Part shown: in pieces, positions 27,807-38,138 of the stretch | How the letters are laid out: each line of letters opens with the position of its first letter | Numbering within the stretch: position 1 is the stretch's first letter | Origin: a bacterium | GTDB taxonomy: Bacteria; JAHJDO01 | Direction: 5' to 3' | Length of the DNA: 55,203 nucleotides | Assembly: GCA_043824255.1 (NCBI GenBank) | Contig: JBDRTG010000018.1 | Coordinates: 1 to 55,203 of the forward strand | Translations under genes and position numbers: made by a program | The notes under the pieces: model-generated | The model's database searches: none | The model's input: the letters and a program-made list of their open reading frames with translations, nothing else | Told to the model about the DNA's origin: nothing

Positions 27807-28826
27807 TTAAACACGTACGCTTTTTAGTAATGCCATGCCATTATCATAAAAAATCGCTTGAAGCTGCTCTTGAGATAGCTGCGCCCTTTCTGCAGCGCGC
27901 CGGATGGCAAGGATAATTTCATAAACCATAAAAGTGGCATGAATATCTTTCGCCTCTACACGATAGGCGCTGAGAGGATACCCTTCTAGGACAATATCTA
28001 CCCAGTGATTCATTACATACACCCTACGCCCCCGCATATTCGCAACGGGCAGGTCAGTTGCAAAAAGAACCCGCTTAGAATCAATTGTTTCAAAAACCAT
28101 TTGAAGAACTAACGGATCCATAACCATTGACGTATCAAGATAGACATTCTCTAAATTCTTTACAGCATTTATAGCCTTCTTCATTTGATCAGGCAGATAA
28201 CACCTGCCGCAATGAGCTAAAACAATTTGTGAATTGGGATAATTTTCTGAAAGATTACGAAGCCCTGACTGGACTTCGGGATCAGCAAGACGTTCATCAC
28301 GCGGAACATGTAAAAGCACAATCAAATGATACTTATTGGCTAACTCCATTTCAGCAGAACCAATCATATCTTCAATACTTACATTTCCATAGTCATTGCC
28401 AAACCAGTTCAGAAACACTTTGTACCCCATAAAACCATCCTTAAGAATTCTCTGTTTAATTTTCTCCTGTGACATTATATCCCGACCTGCAATCATAAGA
28501 GGAAAAAAATTTTCCTTACGGCCTGCCATAGCTACATAATCGTTTGTCAACTCCAAATCGACTGCTGGCGTGGGGTTGCCAAAACATACTGCATTATATT
28601 TACAGTCAGGGAAAATCATCCTGCCATCAGCGAGTAATTTTTCCACGCTGTAATCTGTTTGCGTTACCATATACTTACTACCCGGAGCATTCTCTTCCCA
28701 AGGCACTTTCTTCCACTGTTGCTTAGTCCAGAGATGGGCATGAAAGTCCAATACCTGCGCAGGTAGGATAGGAAGTACTTCGTTTTTGTAAAAAGGTAAA
28801 TCTACGGTTTTGTAATAATTCTGCAT
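27807..28826 (-). CDS. Amidohydrolase family protein (paralogue of 24008-25015)
   Basis: DFHAH, LHVP, RLADP, LAHCGR, FATDLP. Confidence 0.85.
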   Translation of the reverse strand: MQNYYKTVDLPFYKNEVLPILPAQVLDFHAHLWTKQQWKKVPWEENAPGSKYMVTQTDYSVEKLLADGRMIFPDCKYNAVCFGNPTPAVDLELTNDYVAMAGRKENFFPLMIAGRDIMSQEKIKQRILKDGFMGYKVFLNWFGNDYGNVSIEDMIGSAEMELANKYHLIVLLHVPRDERLADPEVQSGLRNLSENYPNSQIVLAHCGRCYLPDQMKKAINAVKNLENVYLDTSMVMDPLVLQMVFETIDSKRVLFATDLPVANMRGRRVYVMNHWVDIVLEGYPLSAYRVEAKDIHATFMVYEIILAIRRAAERAQLSQEQLQAIFYDNGMALLKSVRV

Positions 28827-28877
28827 TGCCTCCCCTATTCCATTATCTTCAGAGCTTACAATAATATTTAAATTCTC

Positions 28878-30326
28878 TCACGCTCTTTTCATAAATTCTT
28901 CAAATAAATGATTGTATTCATTATGAGATATTTTATCTGGAGTTATTATTTTTGCCTTACCACCAATAGCGTTAAACCCTTCAGTTTCATCTTTGAAAAT
29001 ACCCGCGCCGATTCCTGCCAGGATTGCAGCGCCTAATGCACCAGCTGTCTCGCCATTAAGCAGTTTTACTTCAAGTCCAGTCACATCAGAAAATATCTGC
29101 GGCCATATCGGACTTTCAGATGGCCCGCCAACCATAGTTATGTTATTGGCAGCAATGCCTGCGGACGATAATTTTTCTATTCTCTCACGCATCTTATACG
29201 CCACTCCTTCCATTACAGCTCTGCTGATATCTCTAGTATTGTATGAACGCTTAAGATAAGAAAGATTGCTTTCAATAGTTTTAATATCATCAACCAGATT
29301 AAGATATAGGCCATTGGCGCCAACTGTGGATTTCTGCGCATTGATATTAAACCGCGAGTATTTCTCTGCCCATGAAATCTGATCTTTTGGACTAACTATT
29401 ACATTATCTATATACCAATCAATCTTCTCTCCTACACAAGGTAGAGAGAACATTGCGCCCCATGGGCCGGATGGTCTTAAAAACGGGTCTATCAGCATAT
29501 TTTGCGAGAGAGCAATGTCCCTGTTCTGAATTGGGTAAAATCCTACCCACGATGTTCCACACGATACAAGAAGATCTCCAGTATCTAGTGTGCCTGTTCC
29601 ACGCGCAGCAGAGGGATGGTCAAAAGCTCCAAGCACAACAAGTGTATCAGTTGAAAGGCCTGTATCATTAGCTGCATCCTGAGTAAGAAATCCCAATTCA
29701 CTTCCAGATGGCGTGAGTTTTGATAAAGAATTCTCTTTAATTTCCAATTCATCCAAATAAGGTTTATACCAGCAGCTGTTTACCTGATCCTGCAGATAAA
29801 ACGTGGTCGCAGTTGATGTATCCATAGCCCAGCAACCTGTCAGACGATACAATAGATAGTCAGTATTCATACTAAACCTGCAAGCTCTGTTATATACATG
29901 AGGTATATTTTGCTTAAGCCATGCCAGATGAGCCATAGGAAATCCTCCTGACCATGGCCATCCTACAATATTGTGAACTTTATCCTGATCTAAGTTTGGT
30001 AAAATATTCTTATCTGTTCTGTTGTCCAACCAACTGATTATATTTGTAAGGGGTTGATTATTCTTATCCAGTAGAAGTGTATTACCACTGGCTGCTGCCA
30101 TACTAATTGCTTTAACCTTAGATTCAGGCAAAACTTTTGAACAAAGCTCACGAATTAGATTGCAGACTGCCTTGTAATGTGTAGAAGGAGAAAACTCTAC
30201 ATAGTTATGCTGTGGTCTTAAAAGCTGCGTCAGACATTTTTCCTGTGCCAGTACCTCACCTTCTGAAGATACCAACACGCCCTTAAGAGCACTAGTCCCA
30301 AGATCAAGACCTATTAATAAGTCCAT
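28878..30326 (-). CDS. FGGY-family carbohydrate kinase
   Basis: GLDLGTSALK, SWLDNR, GAFD, RAVMEGVA, VGG, GALGAAILAG. Confidence 0.9.
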   Translation of the reverse strand: MDLLIGLDLGTSALKGVLVSSEGEVLAQEKCLTQLLRPQHNYVEFSPSTHYKAVCNLIRELCSKVLPESKVKAISMAAASGNTLLLDKNNQPLTNIISWLDNRTDKNILPNLDQDKVHNIVGWPWSGGFPMAHLAWLKQNIPHVYNRACRFSMNTDYLLYRLTGCWAMDTSTATTFYLQDQVNSCWYKPYLDELEIKENSLSKLTPSGSELGFLTQDAANDTGLSTDTLVVLGAFDHPSAARGTGTLDTGDLLVSCGTSWVGFYPIQNRDIALSQNMLIDPFLRPSGPWGAMFSLPCVGEKIDWYIDNVIVSPKDQISWAEKYSRFNINAQKSTVGANGLYLNLVDDIKTIESNLSYLKRSYNTRDISRAVMEGVAYKMRERIEKLSSAGIAANNITMVGGPSESPIWPQIFSDVTGLEVKLLNGETAGALGAAILAGIGAGIFKDETEGFNAIGGKAKIITPDKISHNEYNHLFEEFMKRA

Positions 30327-30351
30327 TGCTAATTTTTAAGTCTTATATTAA

Positions 30352-31464
30352 TTAACATCTTTTCCATCCATTGCTTTTTGAAGATTGCATTATAGCATCC
30401 ATTATCTTTTGCAGTTTAAGACCCTCTTCAAAGTCAGGAGATGGTTTTTTGTTATTTACAATAGCATCAAGAAATGAATAGAGACAAGCAACATGACAGC
30501 GTATCCATCCTATTGAAAACTTTGGCATTGGGATTCCGGGAGGCTCCGGATAACGCTGAACTGTCTCTATCTTTTTAAAACCTTTATTGCCACCTATAGG
30601 ACTGCCAGCTTCTGTATTATCATAAACCTCCAGCCAGTTCGGATCCATAGAATTAAATCTCATTGCGCCCTTGCTGCCGTGAATTTCTATCCTGAATTCA
30701 TCGTTAGCACCTGTCGCCATTTTTGACGCTTCCAGGGTTCCAATCGCTCCATTTGCCATATCTATCGTTACTATTGCAATATCATCTGTGCGTTTATCCT
30801 TTGATGTAAAATTTCTGAGTGTTCCGCTCACTTTCTCAAAATCACCCAATAAAAACAGCAACAGATCTATTATATGAGAACCCAAATCTACAAGCACCCC
30901 GCCGCCAACTTTACCAAATTCTGCTTTCCAGCTGTATGTCTTTTTCTGAGTTACACAACTTGAGTGTAGATAAATTGTTCTGAATGATAAAATATCTCCG
31001 AGAAATCCTTCTTCTATAAGTTGTTTTGCTCTCATTATTGCAGGGATATATCTGTATTGATGTGCCATCTGTGTTTTTAGTCCGCTCTTTTTACTAATAG
31101 CATATATCTCTTCAGCTTCCGTGAGATTAAGAGCAAGCGGTTTATCACAATAAACATGCTTACCCGCCTTCAAAGAAGCAATAATTATTTCTTTATGCAT
31201 AAAGTTTGGCAGACAGCAATTAATTATCTGGATATCATCTCTTTTTAATAAGTCCACATAATTTTTTGTTTGGAAAGCATACCCTGCCTGTTCAATTGCT
31301 TTTGACCTGTTGTTATCTATAGTGTCGCATATACCAACAAGCTTCACATTGCACGGCGGAGAGTCATAGTAAAAAGGCATTGTCTTATATGCATAAGTAT
31401 GCACCTTTCCCATAAAACCATAACCAACTAATCCCACACCAAGTGTCTTTCGAGTACAGCTCAT
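30352..31464 (-). CDS. Gfo/Idh/MocA family oxidoreductase
   Basis: GYGFMG, GKHVYCDKPLA, GGGVLVDLGSH. Confidence 0.9.
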   Translation of the reverse strand: MSCTRKTLGVGLVGYGFMGKVHTYAYKTMPFYYDSPPCNVKLVGICDTIDNNRSKAIEQAGYAFQTKNYVDLLKRDDIQIINCCLPNFMHKEIIIASLKAGKHVYCDKPLALNLTEAEEIYAISKKSGLKTQMAHQYRYIPAIMRAKQLIEEGFLGDILSFRTIYLHSSCVTQKKTYSWKAEFGKVGGGVLVDLGSHIIDLLLFLLGDFEKVSGTLRNFTSKDKRTDDIAIVTIDMANGAIGTLEASKMATGANDEFRIEIHGSKGAMRFNSMDPNWLEVYDNTEAGSPIGGNKGFKKIETVQRYPEPPGIPMPKFSIGWIRCHVACLYSFLDAIVNNKKPSPDFEEGLKLQKIMDAIMQSSKSNGWKRC

Positions 31465-31501
31465 AATAATTCTCCTTTATATTTAATACTTCCGTCACTG
31501 A

Positions 31502-32869
31502 TTAAGATATTACTTTAATTCCCAGCAGGTTACACAAGTCTTCCATCCTTTTTCTGTTGTCGCCGTATGAAATTATATAGTGTTGACCCATCACATTCTG
31601 AATAAAGTTGCCTGTATTGCCGTCAAACTCAATCTCCAGGCTAGGTAGTTGTGGCACAGGCGGCGCCCAGCCTGCTTCCTCCCATTTACGCGGAGGCTTG
31701 GCAGTACCAGTTATCAAGTGTAATGAGTATTTGTTGCCGGTATAAGTAAGACGCGCGATAGTGACTTTTCCTGTTTTTAGAGTTGATACATTCAGCAGTC
31801 CCTCGCCAAACCCTCCAAAAGAGTTAGGCATTACTTTTATATTTCCATCGACAATTTCATCTGGTACGTAGTCGGGCACTCCCATCAGAGCACCGTTTTC
31901 CATAAACTCGTAAAATTCAAGATATGCAGCTACCTGCCCGGTCAGAAAATAGGTCATTAGCTGTGTTACTGCTCCCATCGAGTCATTTTCAGGTATGGTG
32001 CAAATATCCATCTTTTCATGTAGCAGGGTTAAAGCTCCAGCAGGAGCGAATTGCATCAGCTTCTTGATGCCATTAACGTCAACAAAAGAAAAGGCCGAAT
32101 AGCCGCACTCTTCGATTTTCTTCTTAAGGGCTAGAAACAGCCGGACAGTCTGGTGCACTGTCTGTGGCCGCGGATCTTTCGTAAATTGCCATTTCATAAG
32201 TACTTCTTTGGATACGATATCTATCTCGGCATCACTGACATCTTGCATCATCTGTTCAATTTCAAGCATCTCGAAGTGTTCAATTTCCGGCCCGATTTTC
32301 CCCTTGAGTGAAACACCGTCGTAAAGCGTACCGTAAAGCCGCATATCCCTGTATCCCATCATACCAATCTTTGCCGTTTTGAGCATTTTGACTGTTCTGG
32401 CAGCTTCAGCAAAACTGATGATTTCATCCAGAGGGGCATCCTGTCCCCGAAAATTTACTACGTACTTAAAGTTATATCCCATGTCAGCCATTGGTTTTCG
32501 CAAAGCGCTTGTTCCAGCCTGATCAGCAGTAGTCACAAAGCGGTCTCCCCTCTGCCAGCCTGTAAGCCCCCACAAAAGCATCGGCAAATGTTTGAAGTGT
32601 TCAGTAACCTCAAAAACTGCCCACGACGGTATCCACCCGGCAATGCATACTATAAGAAGGTCAAATTCTTTATTCTTAAGTTCCTGAACGGCCCGAGCAG
32701 CCTCAGCTCCTGCCGAATCATCGCAGACTGGAGCAGTCGCAATTACCTCAATTCCAGCTATCTTCAAAATACTCTTCGCATCAACACATTTCTTTTTAAT
32801 TATATCTTTAGGCGTATTAATTTCGCCGAAACAGACAAAACCGGCTTTAGCAGGACGCAACTTTTTCAT
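31502..32869 (-). CDS. L-fucose/L-arabinose isomerase-like protein
   Basis: PEND, YLEFY, GKVTIARL, GQHYIISYG; similar architecture to 25080-26477; start at 32869 or 32884. Confidence 0.75.
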   Translation of the reverse strand: MKKLRPAKAGFVCFGEINTPKDIIKKKCVDAKSILKIAGIEVIATAPVCDDSAGAEAARAVQELKNKEFDLLIVCIAGWIPSWAVFEVTEHFKHLPMLLWGLTGWQRGDRFVTTADQAGTSALRKPMADMGYNFKYVVNFRGQDAPLDEIISFAEAARTVKMLKTAKIGMMGYRDMRLYGTLYDGVSLKGKIGPEIEHFEMLEIEQMMQDVSDAEIDIVSKEVLMKWQFTKDPRPQTVHQTVRLFLALKKKIEECGYSAFSFVDVNGIKKLMQFAPAGALTLLHEKMDICTIPENDSMGAVTQLMTYFLTGQVAAYLEFYEFMENGALMGVPDYVPDEIVDGNIKVMPNSFGGFGEGLLNVSTLKTGKVTIARLTYTGNKYSLHLITGTAKPPRKWEEAGWAPPVPQLPSLEIEFDGNTGNFIQNVMGQHYIISYGDNRKRMEDLCNLLGIKVIS

Positions 32870-34319
32870 TTTTATTCTTCCCATTTAATTTATATATATT
32901 GTTAAGTTCACGGTATTTAGAAAATAAGGCGTCATAAAGTTCAGTATTTAGGGGATTTGGCACAAAATGTTTCTTAAATTTAACCATGTTTGTCACTGCA
33001 GTCTCAATATTTGGATAGATTCCTGCTCCAATTGCAGCCAGTATCGCTGCTCCAAGACAAGTTGTTTCCTCACAATTCAGAGTTGTTATTTTGCAGTTAA
33101 GAACATCAGCTTTAATTTGCAGCCAGCACTCACTGTGGGAACCTCCCCCAAGCGAAACCACCCTTGAAGTGTCGATGCCAAGCTGTTCCAGAGCTTTAAG
33201 GTTGTCTCTCAGTAGAAAAGCTATCGATTCCATTATAGCGCGAGCGAAATGAGCTTTACCGTGACTGAGAGTAATACCGTAAATTAACCCACCTGAGCCG
33301 GCAAAATGCGGCAGGATAATCAGACCATCAGAGCCTGGTGCGATATTACCTGCCATATTGCTTAACTCCTCAAAATTAACATCTGATGCGAACTCGTCCC
33401 GAAACCAGCGCAAGAGCATCCCTCCCACAGGAGCCCATGGCAAAAGGACATATTTACCTTGAATTCCATGGGCAAAAACGCTGATACGTCTTTTTGGATC
33501 ATATATAATCTGATCAGTACAGGTACAAATCGACAGCGTAGTACCAGTAGTCTCCGTAATAATCCCTGTGTGAATATTACCAGATCCAATAGCACCTGTT
33601 ACCTGATCAATAGGGGTGGAATAAACCAGTGTTTCAGTTGATAACCCACACTCACCATCTCTAACCTTTCCCACCACTGTTCCTGAATTAAGCAATTTCG
33701 GCAACTGTTTTCTGCTAATCTGTAGATAGTTGAGCATAAGGTCCCACCAGTCGTTTTGTCGTATGTTGAAAAGCAGTGTTGAGGGAACCAATGCTCGATC
33801 AGTAACGTATTGCCCGGTCAAGCGGGAAATTATAAAGTCCTCGACCAGCAAAAATTTTGCCGTTCTTTTGAAGATTTCTGGTTCATGACTGCTGAGCCAC
33901 TTAATCAATACGGCAGTATAGCCGGGAATCGCTTCATGCTGCCCGGTAATCTCATATAGTTTTCCCGGGCTAAAAAACTCTGACAACGCTATTGCTTCCT
34001 CTTTTGCCCGAATGTCCAGCCAGACAATTGCCTTTCTTAAAAGCATGCCATCAGAATCGAGACAAATTAATGTCTCTCCCTGGCTTGTAACCCCGACCGA
34101 AGCAATCTGCAGGGGTTCAATCTTTGTATCTTTTAATATTTTCCGGATTATGCTCTTAACGCTCTGCCAATAAATTTCAGGATCAAGCTCAACTATCCCT
34201 GCCGAAGACTTTTCAAGCTCGTATTCTTTCAGGATAATACTTATTTCCGCGCCTGTCGTATCAAAAAGTCCACCTTTAATCGACGAAGTGCCTATATCCA
34301 AGCTAAGTAAATACTTCAT
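32847..34319 (-). CDS. FGGY-family carbohydrate kinase (xylulokinase-like)
   Basis: SLDIGTSSIK, TSQGET, VWLDIRA, IDQ, RAIMES, GGGS, QIKADV. Confidence 0.9.
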   Translation of the reverse strand: MKYLLSLDIGTSSIKGGLFDTTGAEISIILKEYELEKSSAGIVELDPEIYWQSVKSIIRKILKDTKIEPLQIASVGVTSQGETLICLDSDGMLLRKAIVWLDIRAKEEAIALSEFFSPGKLYEITGQHEAIPGYTAVLIKWLSSHEPEIFKRTAKFLLVEDFIISRLTGQYVTDRALVPSTLLFNIRQNDWWDLMLNYLQISRKQLPKLLNSGTVVGKVRDGECGLSTETLVYSTPIDQVTGAIGSGNIHTGIITETTGTTLSICTCTDQIIYDPKRRISVFAHGIQGKYVLLPWAPVGGMLLRWFRDEFASDVNFEELSNMAGNIAPGSDGLIILPHFAGSGGLIYGITLSHGKAHFARAIMESIAFLLRDNLKALEQLGIDTSRVVSLGGGSHSECWLQIKADVLNCKITTLNCEETTCLGAAILAAIGAGIYPNIETAVTNMVKFKKHFVPNPLNTELYDALFSKYRELNNIYKLNGKNKNEKVASC

Positions 34320-35774
34320 TCAGAAGATCCTATTAATTTCAGCTACAGTTTTATCAACAAGCTTTTTGCCTCCGTCTGAGCCTACAATGCCGTTAATTAT
34401 AAGTCCGCCGTAACCGCCGTAAGCCTCAGCTCTTTTGGAAGGTAGATAACCAGCAGAACCGCAGGAAAGCTGGATTACGAAAGTCTGTTCAGCCTTGCTT
34501 CTCGCCTTTATCTGTAGTCCAAAGTCAAGAAAGAGCTCAAACAGGTTTGTGACAAAAACAATGCCCCCTAGTCTGATAGTGTGAAGCTCCATAAAGAAGT
34601 TCGGCTCCTCTTTCTGCTCCTTGTATCTTTTGACTACCGCTTCATTGTTTCTAATAAGTACGAAGTGATGTAGCTTACTGTCATAAGGCCCCGGTCTTCC
34701 AGGTATCCTCTCGTTTTTCTTTACTTCTGCGCTAAAGGCTTTAAAAGCGGCTTCAGTCGGAAGAATTTTTTCCAATCTTTTAATATTTTCCAATGCCTCT
34801 ATATATTCCTGATATGAGGCTCTGCGCTTAGGCAGGGTTGCTTCTTTTACATTATGAATAAATTCAGTTTCAAATTGAACTTTGCTTTTCTGCTTTTCAT
34901 ATGCTCTGATAACCGCTTCATAAATTCTTTTACCTGTTACCTTAACGCCATGTTCGCACCAGAATTCATCATCTCTAGTTCTAACAAGGTCACGTGGGGA
35001 CTGGTCGCCAGCTGAGCTTATCTGGCAGAGAGTGCAGAAATCCTGCCCGAACTTTTCTTTCAAGAGTCTTCTGACCTCTCCCATGAAATCCGACGAAATG
35101 ACATAGGTTGCCTCCATTACCTGCGAAGGACATGCAACGTTCACAACAGCCCCAGTTGGATTTTTATCTTTATTAAAGGTAAATAAAATTTCAACAGTGG
35201 AATCCTCGTTTCCCTCCATTCCGATGAAATCGTCCCTTGAAGTAACACCGTACATCTCGGCAATACCGTTTGTATAAACAGCTCTTCTGCAATGTCCTAC
35301 CGTAGCAAAATCAAATGAATTTGCAAAACGGCTGTAGGATTTCGAATTCCATGCCTTAATTACAGCATTAGTTAATCTTTCAATGACAAACGCTCTGTAG
35401 TCTTTGAACGACATTGTTTCTGTGTCCGGAGTCCACCAGCTTCTACCCGGGTATGATACACCCGGTGCGCTATGGGTATGTATAGCGTTCATTATGATTT
35501 TTGAAACATCAAGCCCGGGCAGTTTATCTTTAAGCTTGTCTCTGAGTTCATTCAAAAATTCACGTGGAAAATTCGCTAAATCAACAGAGACCATAACTGC
35601 CTGTTCTCCGTTATCGCTCTCAAGGGCAAGCACAGCCCCTCCCAACCTTGAATGAATTCCCTTTGAAACTCTCTGATAATACTGTCCATAAAGCTCAACT
35701 TTACTTTCTGGAGTAATATCCGCTTCCGCCCAGCCTATCTTTATCTTATTCACGTGTAATCTTTCTCCTTTCAT
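34320..35774 (-). CDS. Neutral/alkaline ceramidase-like putative zinc amidohydrolase
   Basis: ADITP, AIHTHSAP, ACP, SSDF, ELF, GYLPS motifs; true start may be GTG near 35753. Confidence 0.65.
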   Translation of the reverse strand: MKGERLHVNKIKIGWAEADITPESKVELYGQYYQRVSKGIHSRLGGAVLALESDNGEQAVMVSVDLANFPREFLNELRDKLKDKLPGLDVSKIIMNAIHTHSAPGVSYPGRSWWTPDTETMSFKDYRAFVIERLTNAVIKAWNSKSYSRFANSFDFATVGHCRRAVYTNGIAEMYGVTSRDDFIGMEGNEDSTVEILFTFNKDKNPTGAVVNVACPSQVMEATYVISSDFMGEVRRLLKEKFGQDFCTLCQISSAGDQSPRDLVRTRDDEFWCEHGVKVTGKRIYEAVIRAYEKQKSKVQFETEFIHNVKEATLPKRRASYQEYIEALENIKRLEKILPTEAAFKAFSAEVKKNERIPGRPGPYDSKLHHFVLIRNNEAVVKRYKEQKEEPNFFMELHTIRLGGIVFVTNLFELFLDFGLQIKARSKAEQTFVIQLSCGSAGYLPSKRAEAYGGYGGLIINGIVGSDGGKKLVDKTVAEINRIF

Positions 35775-35800
35775 TCACATTATTGAATTCTTTGTTCAAA

Positions 35801-36862
35801 TTACCAGTCAAATTTTTTTAGATAGCGTTCTGCTTCGGCTTTGGTTTTTGCATGGCAGGAGAGCACCATCCGTCCCGAAACGCCGTATCGGTTCCATAAT
35901 TCAATGGCCATATCAGGAGATTTTGCACCGAGCCAAAGACCTTTTCCAAGTTTGGTAATTTCTTCATAAAGACTGCTCCAATCCTGATGAGCAGCTTCTC
36001 CAGCACCCACTATCCACTGGATAATACCAATTTTCCTAATCCCACAAATTGATTCGAGATGAGTCAGGTTGCCTGGTCCGTCCAGATGATATTCAACATC
36101 GTCCAGTCGATTTACTTCCTGTGTCAAATAGGGTAATACAAATTCATTGAACTGCTCCTTGCCGATCGAAAAACCAAAATCACATTGCGGTACAGCGGTC
36201 ACCCCGCTGCTGTAAAAACCGTGCCGGGTGACGGTGCCGTATTGGCGGTAATTCAGCAAACGGTCATGTTCGTCAAAAAGCTCGTCAAAGGTTTTTTGCA
36301 GACGTCGCATGGCGCGATGTACCGCATCAGGATTGTCGTAAAAGTCCATCATAGTTTCCGTAGTACCTCGCAGTGCTGCGAGAACATCAAAATTATATCC
36401 CGGATAGCCTTCAGCAAAAATCAGTCGGCCTGATAGTTTTCGTCTGAAAGTTTCACAGATTTTTACCCATTTTATCCACCATGGATTATCATAATTCGGC
36501 GTAAAATCCATGTCGTCAAATTCCAGTCCAAGCGGTTCAGTATGGGTATCGACACCCCATGATTCATTGACCATTATAGTGTTCGCTCCGAGAACTGCTT
36601 CAATCAGCCCAATAATCAAAGACGGAGTATAGAACGGCACGCTATCAGCATAAAATTCGTGAGTCTCCGCCCAGCGCAGTGCCTGATCACAAATATCCTC
36701 ATAAGGCTCAGTTCTTGCCGCACCCCAAACAGACTTTTCCACCGGTTCTACACCCTCTTTGGGAATAGTGATCATTAGAATCGGGCGATTCAGCTTTCCT
36801 TCCCACATCATCTGCCAGTTTCGTCTCACTTTGTCCAAATCTTGCCTGAATTCAAGTTTCAT
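35801..36862 (-). CDS. URO-D/MT2-fold protein
   Basis: LAALRG, QCDFGFSIG, FVLPYL, YHLDGP, IQWIVGAG. Confidence 0.75.
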   Translation of the reverse strand: MKLEFRQDLDKVRRNWQMMWEGKLNRPILMITIPKEGVEPVEKSVWGAARTEPYEDICDQALRWAETHEFYADSVPFYTPSLIIGLIEAVLGANTIMVNESWGVDTHTEPLGLEFDDMDFTPNYDNPWWIKWVKICETFRRKLSGRLIFAEGYPGYNFDVLAALRGTTETMMDFYDNPDAVHRAMRRLQKTFDELFDEHDRLLNYRQYGTVTRHGFYSSGVTAVPQCDFGFSIGKEQFNEFVLPYLTQEVNRLDDVEYHLDGPGNLTHLESICGIRKIGIIQWIVGAGEAAHQDWSSLYEEITKLGKGLWLGAKSPDMAIELWNRYGVSGRMVLSCHAKTKAEAERYLKKFDW

Positions 36863-36905
36863 ATTCCTTACTCCTCTCTACCTCGTTATGCGCCCCAAAG
36901 CATCT

Positions 36906-38138
36906 TCATGACTGGAGAACATCCTTGCTATATTCTTTAGCAGTATCGTAAGCAGTAACAATATTCTCTGGTGGTGTTCCGTGCTGAATATTATGAACCG
37001 GATTAAAGACATAACCTCCGCCAGGAGCAAAAATCCTTAGACGTTCTATAACCTCATTTTTTACATCCTCTGTTGTTCCAAAAGGCAGTGTCTTTTGTGT
37101 ATCAACACTGCCACCCCAGAAAACCAGTTTTCCTCTAAAGGTATCCTTGAGCCATTGAGGATCCATACCCTCGGCTGAACACTGTACAGGATTGATAATA
37201 TCCAGGTGTGTTTTGACCAACATAGGCAAAATTTTGGTTATAGAGCCGCAGGTATGCTGCCATGTTTTCCAATTAGTATTACTATGCACCCAGTCGTTCT
37301 GTTCTCTGAAATATGGTACAAATAATTCCTCAAACCATTGGGGAGAAAATAACTCCGCCTTTTGCGAACCATAATCATAGCCATCCAACCCCAAAATATC
37401 TATATTATCACCAAGATATTCCTTTAAAAGCTCCATATTTTTGATAGCAGTCTCTGTGCGTATGGCAAACATATCTTTTACATATGTCCTATCCGTCGCC
37501 ATGAGGCATAGAAAATCCGGGATGCTGCCTACAGTTGGTAACCCGACCTTTCCCCAACATCCGAGAAGCAGAGCCTTATCGGTCTCTTTCCTGAGCTTTT
37601 CAGCCCTTTCCTGCAAGAATTCCAATTCTTTTCCAGATATATGATTCTCTTTTTTTATTTCGTCAAGAGAAGGAGGTTTGAAATCTAAATGAGTTTCAGT
37701 CATAGAAGACATGTCAAAATAATACCCATCCTTGGGCATCCTGCCTTCAACCGGTTTATTGATATCTCCTTCATTATGAATAAGATAATTCCCTTCAGAA
37801 TTTGTCTCCACTTCAAACTGACCTGGGACTAAAACATCTGTTCCATCACACAATTTCCATGGCTTATAATTCTTACGCCTCAGCCCGAAAAACTGAACTA
37901 ACGGCTCAACAGGAAGAACATCTATTCCTAACCTATCCACTACGTCCATTTCTACCTCACCGAGCATCTGAAAAACTTCGTAAACCTTTACTGGCCTTCT
38001 CTCAAGCCCCAGATGTTTTCTTAACCTGTCAAGCGCATGAGCCATAATGCCGCTCATAATCGTCCCCCCCAGATCAATAGGAACCCTATCCGGCTCCTCA
38101 AAATTGAGAGCTTTCTTTACTCTTTCACGTGAAGTCAT
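36906..38138 (-). CDS. Uroporphyrinogen decarboxylase/MtaA-CmuA family protein
   Basis: MTSRERV, EPDRVPIDLG, DYGSQ, HTCG, NPVQ, FWGG, GGYVFNPVHNIQ. Confidence 0.88.
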   Translation of the reverse strand: MTSRERVKKALNFEEPDRVPIDLGGTIMSGIMAHALDRLRKHLGLERRPVKVYEVFQMLGEVEMDVVDRLGIDVLPVEPLVQFFGLRRKNYKPWKLCDGTDVLVPGQFEVETNSEGNYLIHNEGDINKPVEGRMPKDGYYFDMSSMTETHLDFKPPSLDEIKKENHISGKELEFLQERAEKLRKETDKALLLGCWGKVGLPTVGSIPDFLCLMATDRTYVKDMFAIRTETAIKNMELLKEYLGDNIDILGLDGYDYGSQKAELFSPQWFEELFVPYFREQNDWVHSNTNWKTWQHTCGSITKILPMLVKTHLDIINPVQCSAEGMDPQWLKDTFRGKLVFWGGSVDTQKTLPFGTTEDVKNEVIERLRIFAPGGGYVFNPVHNIQHGTPPENIVTAYDTAKEYSKDVLQS